Below, one piece after another: positions 1 through 10,700 of a stretch of DNA of 64,000 nucleotides; position 1 is the stretch's first letter, and the number at the start of each line of letters is the position of its first letter. A model generated the notes under the pieces. That model was not told where the DNA came from. It saw only the letters and a list, made by a program, of their open reading frames with translations, and did not search any database. The DNA lies in contig NC_134481.1 in the NCBI RefSeq assembly GCF_964194025.1, forward strand, positions 32,364,001 to 32,428,000, written 5' to 3'. The stretch is from Convolutriloba macropyga (Eukaryota). The position numbers and the translations under genes are program-made.

Positions 1-60
1 GTGGTCTCAGACAATTGTAAATACATATTTATTTTTACCTTTTAACAATTTGTGAAACAG

Positions 61-106
61 TTTAAGCCTGATGATGAACGTAAAGTTCTAAAACGTTTGT
101 TTTAAA
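61..106 (+). ncRNA. Degenerate minimal hammerhead-ribozyme motif of the kind found in Penelope-like element ends
   Basis: CTGATGA(68-74)-tGAAC gtaaa GTTC-taaaACGTT; GAAA core appears as TAAAA; imperfect stem I tttaagc/gttttaaa. Confidence 0.45.
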
Positions 107-928
107 TATCGGAAGTAATTTTAATTTGACAAATCGGTTTCTTTTACACAATTCCGAGTTAAATGAGAGAGGATTCTATACTCACTTTCCTTGGAGACGT
201 TGGTAGTAAGAAGAAGAATGGATCTTGACCTGGAAAAATGTTCCAAGCTATTGTTTAGAGGAAAAGGAAGTTATCGAAACCAATGGGAAATAATTTATAA
301 TGTCTAAAAGAAATGTTAAGAAAGAAATTTTAAGAAAGTTATTTATATTCCCTTGTTTTTTACTGAGTAACTTATCAGGAAAACATCAGTTATTTTGAAC
401 TTGATTATTGTACTACTTCAGTTGTTAAGTTTGTGGGGCCGTGAATAACTGGTTTGCGTAGAGTTGTTGTGTCGAGACAAAAAGAAGCAATTGAAAATAC
501 TCTTAAATTATATGTACAGGACAACTCATCTAGCCCTCCTGACCCTACCCCATCGGTTGCGGACTGCGACAATAAAATAATTTCAAGAGGGCGGGTTTAA
601 TAAACGATTTTCCGTGGAAGTAGTTTGTTCGTAAAGATCTCGGAATTTATGTATCGGATGACCTGACGTGGAAGATTTGGAGCGTTACAAATTCAGGAGC
701 GTTTGAAAGGAGCCAATAAGGTTCTTTGCCTTCTGAAGCGACATGTCTCACAAAGTGAAGTTCTTCGTCTAGAAGAACGCCAGATTTTGTGGGATCAATA
801 ATTGGATAAAGGTTCAGCACTTAATCTCACACGCTCAAAGAATTGTGTTCTCTTTCAGGTGTCTGAGTTTTAGTTTTTCTCTTTCAGGTGTTTGGGTCAT
901 GTAAAGCTTAATTGGGTCTTAGTACAGG

Positions 929-1727
929 ATGCTGATAGTTTTCTACTTTTCACTCAATTTTGGATTAATAATCTCGGAGTACGTTGGTTATAGTCCGCCT
1001 GATCCCAAAGCTGCAGCAGAGAGCTATAAATCGCTCTATGATGATCTTGGAGGGCAATTTGGTCAATTGGGAGAGCCGACAGATGAATATCTTGATAAAA
1101 TTTTTGTTCCCAACTTAAAGTTTAATGAAAATGCAGCATCAATTTGTGTAGTCGAGAGCTTCTTGAGTATCCGCGATGTTGAGAACATTGTAAAAATTCA
1201 ACCAATTGTTAATGAAAATAATCGAGTTATCAGAATGATGTTGATTGGATGCTCTAAGCCGTATCAAAAATCTGGCTATTGGGATTGCCTGAAAGCCGAA
1301 ACATTATGCCAAGATGATCCGCAAATCGTCTACAGCTGGGGACCTAATGCTCCTGATGTTCCAGTTCCCCCTGGCGTTGGGTTTGAAATTGGCTCTAAGT
1401 CGTTGCTGAAATACCTTGTTCTGGAAGTTGATTATGAGAGTGTTGAAAGTTCCCGCGATGGGGGATATCGACCCTCGACGTTTACCGATCAATCTGGCTT
1501 TGCATTAACCATATCCCGGAAACCAATGCATTTCAAGGCGGGCTCTTATGTGTTTATCGGAACTGGTGTATCAACTAACCAAATTGACGTTGCGTGCACT
1601 TTCTCACATGAAAATGCAATATTTCCATTTGGATTTGCAATGATTGGAGATGATTCGATTGAAACAATATCAGCATTCAGAGTTAGAAATGAGAAAGGTG
1701 TTTTGGATTGGGATCCCATTGCACGAG
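929..1727 (+). CDS. PAM: PAM-like exon 1: signal peptide and most of the PHM (copper type II monooxygenase) domain
   Basis: Hydrophobic N-terminus MLIVFYFSLNFGLII; MMLIGC..YWDC..IVYSWGPNAP..PGVGFEIG..KYLVLEVDY; donor G|GTAAAA at 1728. Confidence 0.9.
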
Positions 1728-4700
1728 GTAAAATTTTCCAGTTGCCATTATAAAATTATACCTGATGGATTAATTTGGTAAAACAATGTTTGTTAACATT
1801 TGTTATCTTGAGAGTAGAAAGAAACCAAACGACTCGATAATATTTGTTCTCATATATTGTTCCCACACCTCTCATCAACCACTAACTTTTGAAACCAAAA
1901 ATGTTTTTCCAACTTTTTTTTAAAACTGAAGATTGATAGACTTTTTAAACAAAACAAATTCGCACTGCACTCTACTACAGTTTCAAGATTTGTTGAAACA
2001 AAAGTTTACAGGGAAATAACGATTTTGCTTGATCGGAAAATTTAAAAACCGAGAATTTGTGCTATCATTCTGCTGGTAAGTTGAAGCCGAAATGATCCCC
2101 ATTTTAGTGTCATTAGAATTTGTCAACCATTTAATTTCTGGGCTGTGCTTTTAACAAAATGGGTGGAAATGGTACATTTGATTCAAGTTTGCGTGAAAAA
2201 GTTTATGAAAAGTAGCCAAAATTTTTTAGAAGTCGGCGCAAGCGGAAAAGCTACTTTTAAATTGATCTCAAACGAAGGCAGTGTTTAATTTGGTCCTGTG
2301 TTCTTTTTTATGCGATTTTTCGCTTGATTGATTTTTTGTCTGACCCATTTGACTTTTCGTCCTGGAAAAACAGGATAAACAGCTAGAGCTTGGAGGGCAT
2401 TAAGTTCTCTTAGAGCTCTATGGCTTACTATACTCTAAGAACCCGATTCACCAAATCTGTTTTGAGGAGAGAATTTCATGGCGTGAAGGGCGGTTCTTAA
2501 TTTTAAAAGTTTGACACACCCGCCATCAATGACCCCCTCAACCCTTTCTCCTTTGCAACCATATCCCCCAACGCTTGCCCCCCCCCCATTGCTAGCATCC
2601 CTAATCCCTAGCAAGCTACTACTGAAGCCAACTGCTCGCTAGTCGTTTAAGAGAAATTCGCCCGACGCTAGTCGATTACGTTTATCATCATAGAAAGTGA
2701 AACGAATAACATTACATCTGTTGGCTTTTAACGAATAACATAACATCTGTTGGCGAAACGAATAACATTACATCTGTTGGCTTTTAAGTTTTGATGAAGT
2801 TTAAGTTTCCAGATCTCGGAAACTAGTTTTTTAGCACTTATTTTTTTTAGCAAATTGGAAAATTTGAGCATAATTTCTGAATTAGTGAAAGAAAGAACGT
2901 CAATGAAACCTAAACTGCACCATAATTTGCCGCACAATAACTCGGTCCATCACAAAAACGTTAGATTCATAGCAATTTTCAATTAAAATTTCTAACAATT
3001 ACGGACAATCAAAATCAAGTCTTTTTTATTACCGGTTTGTAACTTATGAGTCAAGATGCGATGATCCGAGAATCCACAAGCCAAATGGGAGCCAAAAACT
3101 TTTGGTTTTCAATCGTGTAATATTTTTTGAAGTACTAAAGCTGGACACCGAAATTACAGAAACCAGCAACTAGGGCCATTGACACAGATAACAAGTAAAG
3201 CAATGCGGATTTAGATATGGTATACAATAAGCTCGAACCCAGTTGAATATTTCGTCACATCTGTTGGTATTTAAGTTTTGTTGAAAGGCTCATGTGGTTT
3301 TTTAAGTTTCCAGATCTCGGCAGTGCCCGAATCTAGAATGCCTGTTTTCCTATATGTCCAATGCTAGAATTTTAAAACTTGTAAAATGCGTGTTCCAAGT
3401 AGGGGTAGCTGGTTCTGCTAACGTCACTTTGAAATTCTAGCTCAGATCGGTTAATGCCAGATTTTCTTTGTGTAATCACAGTCACGTCAGTTTTGCTTGA
3501 AATCGTTCATTTTTTGCTATATGGGAAGTGGAGTCAGTAAATGTTTTGCTACAATTCCGTTGATCAAACCCATCCCTCTCAGATAGTGCCCAAGTTAATT
3601 CATTGCAGATTGGTTTTGGAATTAGATTTTTTTGAAAATTATATTTCTGTTATGTTTTAGATGTCGATATCAAATCCCCTTATTGTTCAAAAAATGTGAA
3701 CTGTTTTATTGCTCTCAAACGAAGTTTCTAGCATATATTAGTCCTGCGTTCATTTTTCTCCTGACCCTTTGTCATCAAAAATGGGAGAACTGGTAAAACC
3801 TGGAGGGCATTAAGTGGCTGAGCAGCTCTGTTAGAGGAGACGTAAATTAGTTATGTGAAGTATGACGCCTCTCAGTAACCACCCTCCACTCCCACTCACC
3901 ATCCCTTGTCCACCCTGCTCCACCTGGCGATACCCCCATCGCTGACACCGCCACTTGAGACCACCACTGCGCTCCCCAAGACTAATGCTAGCATCCTTAA
4001 GCCCCAACTGGCTACTCTCGGAGTCAACAGCTCGTCGATCTTTTGAGAGCAATTCAACAATTTATCTTTTGTTGGTAATGTTTAAAATTTATAAAATGAA
4101 GTTGAATTGGGTTATCAATTTACTTGAGCCACCAAGCAACTAAAAATCTCTTATAAAGACATTTTTTCAAAAACTGCTTGACTCTAAGTACAATTTTAAT
4201 CAACCTTGCACTTGGTCAGTAAAATGACACTGTTCTATTTGCAGATCTTAGCTCACTATTTGTTTTAATTAATGTTTTTTTAAGTTATTAGTTACCTTCT
4301 GTACAGGCCTCTTCTTTGTACTGTTGAAATTCCATAATTCGTAAGTCTTTTTTACTATCCAAATGAAATATATGATTAGAGCAGCTGAAATCTTGATGCT
4401 GTAAAGCTGTTGAATGCTTCATTTTTTGGTCTTGTGGGTCAACCTCCAGAAAAAGCAGCCTCCAAACTAATGTTCAAAGCGTGCTCAGGAAGCAATATCT
4501 GTTACAATGCAATATCGATACAATGCAAGAAAAATGTCAACCTCTTGTAAGCATTTAGTCAAACAATATTGTTAATTCTTCATTTTTATCAGCTGGGAAA
4601 TTGAATTTTGATAAGCTTAAGAATATATCAAGAATATATTAAGAATATATCAAGAATATTTTTTGATAGGATTTTTTTTCTAAATGGTTTTTCCAATCAT

Positions 4701-7700
4701 GCCAAAGTCTATCCCATGTCTAGTTTTCTTTTTAGTTAATGAAAATTCTTTGAATTGTAGGTCTGGACTTCTGCTCTGTTTTTTTTAGTTCGCTTTACTT
4801 TTTGATCACGTTGTTCGTTTTACATAAGTAACGAGTTTCACGTTTGACTTCTCACTTACCTCACTCACTGTTTCAACTGAATGGGTTTTAATTTCCTTCT
4901 TTTTTGAATTACGTAATGTAGAGAATACGATCAAAGTCAAAAGAAAAATCAAGAGAAACAGCATAAACATTTAAAGCCCAGTCATTAAGTCATAGTGCGT
5001 TAGGCTATCAATATTCATTAAAGCGATTGAACTATTATGCTTAAAAGCGTTCAGTTTAGAAGCTGAATTAAGGGTACTTTTTGAATCTAACCAAATATGA
5101 ACATTGTGACAATTAGAATAACTCGGTCAGTTTCTGTCTCTTAATTTTTCTGTTTCACTTCCAATGTGCGTCAAACGGGTCATTGGCGGCTGTTTTTCGG
5201 CTGTTTGAGGGCTATGTTTAACTTTCTGAACTTTTACTTCACAATAATAAATTTTTGTGTTTGTCTGCTTCTAAAACTTACTGACTGTATCCTGGTGACG
5301 TCAACGTTATGTTTCCATAGTTTATAAGTATTTTTATTTTCTGTCGTAGACTAAAGCACAAAAATAATTTTTGCTGTGGCTAAAATGTTATTCGGGGAAT
5401 TGAAGTCCTATTGGTTTTAATTAATCTAGTTGCTAACCTGGTTTTCAAGTATGCGGAATTAATTGGAAGTAAATATTTAGGGAACCCTGGCTGGCCGCAG
5501 GTTTTCTACCCAATGGAGCACGTGTTTAAAATTAGCAATGGAGACATGCTTGCTATCAGATGTTCCAGAAACAACTATTACAGACAAGGCAGTGGCGAAG
5601 ACGACTCGTAAGTCTTGTTTTGCGTGAATTATTGTCTTGGAACCATTTTTCTCGTCTTTGTAGGTTAGATTAATAATATTTCAATGTCAAGTCGCCTTAT
5701 TATTTGCTTTTCACGAGAGAAAATCTTAAGCTAATGCGAGGACAGATTTTTTGTTTGCCCATGCAATTAAAATTGTTCAATTTACACACCAAATATGAAC
5801 TCCAATAATTCAGTGTTACACAGCAGAAACGAGCTTTTCAATTTGTGACAGAACTCTCATCTTATTTGAGAAATGAGGAAATTAATTATTGATATCTTGC
5901 AATGTTGACCGATCACAGCGTCAGAATTTACAGCATCCATTATAGATATTCTTTCCCAACATAAGAATTCTGCAATTGAAATGATCACCAGCAATTATAG
6001 ATGTTAGCTGAGCTGGCTCAAATGAAGATTGTCAGTTTGGCGGTAGCAAGTATAGGTTTTTTCAGGGGAGGAAGCCAATCTAGCCGAATGGGCGTCTAGA
6101 AAAAGTGAGAAATTAAACCGAATATTGGTCATCTTTAAATGCACTGTTTTATACAATGTTACCTCGAAACCTGGTCGAAACGTGGTCGAAACCTCCTCGC
6201 CGACGGGTGGGGGGGGGGGGGGGGGGGTTGGCTGCGCCACGTAGAAATTGAGTGGACGACGACTGATTTAATTCGCTATTTCCTACCTTTTCTTTACTTA
6301 AAAGTTAACTAATCAGATTGTTTGGCCAATGAAATTCAAGCATTTGCTGCGAAAACTCCTATTTTCTCAATCTGCTAAAGGCCACCTTGCCCGAGTTGGT
6401 TACAATTCTAGCTGTTTTTTTAGTTAATAGGTATATTGTTAAGTGTTAAGGTTGTTTAGGGAAGAAAGTCAGTGCTCTTTGACGTTCTTGTTTTTCACAC
6501 TGGTTGAAAACAAAAACACATTCCTCCTGTGCACCCAACCAGGACACCCAAGTCTCTTTTCGTCCATCCCTTGGGACTTCAATGAGCTGGTGGCTGAGAA
6601 GACAAACATTTTGGTGGAAAACTCCTACTCGAAGGACGTCCTGAGATTTGAGAAGCTAATTCAGAGCCAGAAGGAGGAACTGCAGGGTGTCGGGCATTTG
6701 GACGAGGATGCGGGTTAGTTGTAAAATCAACTATGATAATGTTGCCGAGCTATTGAGCTTCAGGCTATCCAAAACTTTGAACTTCCACAGGAAATAACAT
6801 TAAGGCGCAAATCGTACACTTTTGTCGACTAAATTTAATGAAAAATGTCTGTGTTTTTCACTACATAGGTTTTATAGTTATAAGCGTGCGTAGAAAATAG
6901 TGATGGCAAACAAAACTAGTTCTAATTTATTTTGAAACTGGAAACATCTGTCACTATTTTCCACAATTCTGGTTTCTGAGGAAACGTAAACAATAGTAAC
7001 AAGAATTTGCTACTTTTCGACGCTCAACATCACAGTTGTCCATAGGAATATTATTCTAATTTCACGATAGTTAACAACGTTTAAGCTAGACCAACATGAA
7101 AGAAAATATAATTAATGATTTATAACAGAAAACTATCTGGAGATTAGCAGTTTTGCTAGGTTTCATATCACAGCGCATATGAACAATCAAATTCAAAATC
7201 AAGTGTCGGGCTAAGTAAAGAGTTAGCGAATTGAATGCTGAAAATTGTGGACTATGGTTACGTTTATCCGTGAATACGAATTGAATTTTTTTTTTGCATT
7301 TGTCGGGCAATAATTTTGTCAGACATTAGTTGGTTTATGTTTAGTATCAATTAAACACAGCGATTGAGAATCATACATCAGAATTCTTTTTAATAGCCGC
7401 ACAGCGATAGCTGGGGCTATTATTGGCCTTCTCTTGGTTTTTTTACGACTCGAAGAGGAGTATTGGTTTTCTCTCGGTTTTTTTTTTACAGGAAGTATAT
7501 TTGTTCACGCGGCATTTTGACCTAAAAGCGAAAGTGAGAAAATGTCTTGGTGAACAGATTTTCGCTAAGCAAGAGAAGTTTTTTGATCATGCGCTACGTT
7601 TAGTGAATGACTTTTCGACTTTGAAAAGTAGTTTTTGACTGAATTGCACATATAGATAACCGTTTTTAGCCGTTTTTTCGTCTAAGTGGCCCAATTTTTT

Positions 7701-10700
7701 TGCTTTTAATTTAGTGTCTTGTAGAAATAAATTTTTTTCGATGCTATATTGAAATGTCAACCTCGGAAATTGATGCCACAGTGTTTTGCAGAGCCGGAAA
7801 CTGCGTTTCAAATTGAAAATTGGCACTTATTTCGTGATTTTTTAGTTAAATTTTGTCTTTTTTTCTATTAATTTCTTTAGTTTTGGATCTTTTAACCGTC
7901 TTGTGGTCAAAAATCAGTTAATATGGCTGCTTCTTTTTATTAATTTATATACTTAACGCCTCTTTCTATCTCGATGTTTTTTTGCTCTATAAAATTGTAC
8001 ATATGCTAATTCGATTTTGGTAGTTTTTTTTCGATGTTTGTCAGTTTTTTGTTTGTATTTTGGTTTAAATTACTAGAAATAGTCTTTTTGTGCAACAGAA
8101 GGGACTTTAATTTTGTTTCAATAAAACTTCAGTCATTTTTTGGCGTTAAGTTTTTGAAAAACACTTCAAACTTCTTCGTAAATGCAGGCTTAAAAGTTTT
8201 TTAACCTTTTTTTTTCTGCAAAATGGTTTCTTCTTTCATATATTTAAATTCTGCTTTTTCATAATTTTTGTTCTCTTTTCTTGAGGATAGATCTTTATAT
8301 CGGATGACCCTTTATCTGTTCAACGTCTCGAATGCTGAACAATGAAATGTATTCGTTTTTCTTGATTTTTTAAATTTGATTTTTTTAACTTCAAGACTAA
8401 AATCAAGAATGTCTTTGTTTCGGTCTTACTTGCATTGCGTCATTTTTTACATTCTAGTTAGTATCATTCTAGCTTTGTCCTGGCACCTACATTCATTTTT
8501 GTTATAAAGACTTTTTTTGGTTGTTAAAAATTGAATGATTTCAGATTTTTCTTAGATTTTCGTCATTTCTTTGGTTTGCAATTGATTTCATTCAACACAA
8601 AGTAGTACTGAGAGTTTGCTAGCATGTTTTTTTCCAAAATTTCTATTTCTTACTATTTACTGCAACTTTCTTGCGGTCTTGGTAATAATTTAAACGATTT
8701 TTTGCCTTTGAATATTTTTCTGCTGGTTATGTCTTTTCTATGGTTCATTTAATTTTTTGATTTAGTATGAAATCATGTTGTCTAGCATATGTACAACAAG
8801 GAACAGGTCTGTGTTGTTTTTTCTCTTAATCGCAGTTTAGAAGTGTAATTATAGGTGTTTTCTGATTCTTAATTTGAGCTTTCTTTTTTGAAAAGATTTA
8901 ACTTTGTTACTAAGATTATCTGCCGTTTGCTTTCGCGATGTTTTTCAGATTAGAATCATATTTTATTTGAGGTCTTTTGATAACCTTGTCAGTTTTTCAG
9001 ACTATTAGGTTTTTGGCCACCCTAATTATTTTGATTTTTTATTGTTACCAAACGTTTTCAATAGTATAAAATTTTAGAGCAGACCTGGAGAGGTAGTGAG
9101 TTAATGGTTTAATACCAAAGGTAGCGGCTTCGGCTTCATTTACGGTTTTGTAAGTGAAGTTTTGACGCTTCGAGTCGCTTCCGGAATTCCTCCGGCTATG
9201 TTTTTTATTTCGTCGTCATGATTTTTGTTACGACCATATGACGTCACAGCCACTTTTGTTCATTCGTTCATGCAATTTCAACTGAATTGCATGTGTGACG
9301 TCATTTTTCGCTCCTAGTGGAGCGAGTTTCTTTGTTCATGCGCGTGATTGAATTTTTTGTCACACTTGACTTACCTCACTCTCAAAAATGACTTCCTCAA
9401 TTTGAAATTGACTCTTATTTACTTTAATTCAAAGAGATAAGGTCAAATGGGTGTGTGTCACTCTAAATGAAGGTTATTTGAGATCAGCTAATAGAGGCGG
9501 TAAAAACTTATACAGATTTTTAATCAAAATAGAACATATCAACCTTCTATGAAAAGACGATTTTTTTGGTCTGTCTTTTTTACTGTTTTTTTTTTGAGAC
9601 TGCAGATCTACGAAGCTATTGAGGCTATCTTCTGGCAATCTGCCAGCTATGTTTATTGTTGTTCAGTTTTAATGTTTCATGGCGTAATTTTTTTCTCGAT
9701 AACAGTACGGATAATCGATGCTATTTGTTGGAAATCAACGCTATCACTGCGATATTATGTTGAGCGCTTGCAGGTGTTTCATGTTTAAACATTAAAAAGG
9801 TGCAAAAAGTTTGTTTTTGTAACGGCTTTTTTGTTTGCTAATTAATGTTGCTGAAATTATTTTTCATGGTCCGCTCAAAATGTCTTCTTGATTTTTGTCC
9901 ATTCTTAGCAATATTTGAAAGGTACGGCTATATAAATCAGTATCGGTAGCTAAAAAACGTGTTTTTTTTAATTAAAAGGTATAATTAGAAGCACGTGTTG
10001 TTTACTTTTTAGGATTGCAGCTGGAAAGTAGTGACTCGTCCAAAAGTGATAACAAAATAATTTCAAATATCGAAACACCTGATGCGGATGTTGCCAAAGA
10101 CATTAAGAAGGTCATTTTCGACAATCACTGGCCTGCCAACATAGACGGCGCTTTCAACCCAGACGATTATGGAGAAATCACTGGCATTGCAACATTGAGA
10201 AATGGATCCGTGCTTTTTGTTCATCGCTCGGACAGAACGCATACTCACGAATCATTTGACGATTATAACTTCTATGTGGGTAAAAAGCGAAGTACAATCA
10301 ACGAAGACATTATTGTGATGCTCGACTCTTCAAGTGGAAAAGTGTTGAACAAATTTGGGAAAGGGCTTTTGGTTTTGCCTCATGGATTGTACGTTGACCA
10401 CGAGGATTACGTGTATGTGACAGATATCGCAAAGCATCAAGTTATTAAAGTAAGCAAGATTATCTTCTAAATTTTAACCTTATGAAAATCGTCCATGTTC
10501 AAGTTTCTAATGATTTGTTTTTGTGTTCTCTTACTTTAAAACTTTTTGCGCAACTTTTCGTTTTGTAATTCTAAAGAATCTTGTCGTTCGGGACAGTTAT
10601 CAGATGTTCAGTTTATACGTCACACGTCTAAAAGTGTCTTTGTGCATTATCTGAACCTACGTTGTGTTCACAGTTCTCATTGATAAACGTGCGACAACCG

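Noticed and set aside
2701-2785. 27-29-bp direct repeats resembling a CRISPR array
   Set aside because: Adjacent repeats with no spacers in a eukaryotic intron; ordinary minisatellite
6004-6240. Minus-strand ORF with poly-Pro
   Set aside because: Produced by an intronic poly-G run; no recognisable domain or splice support
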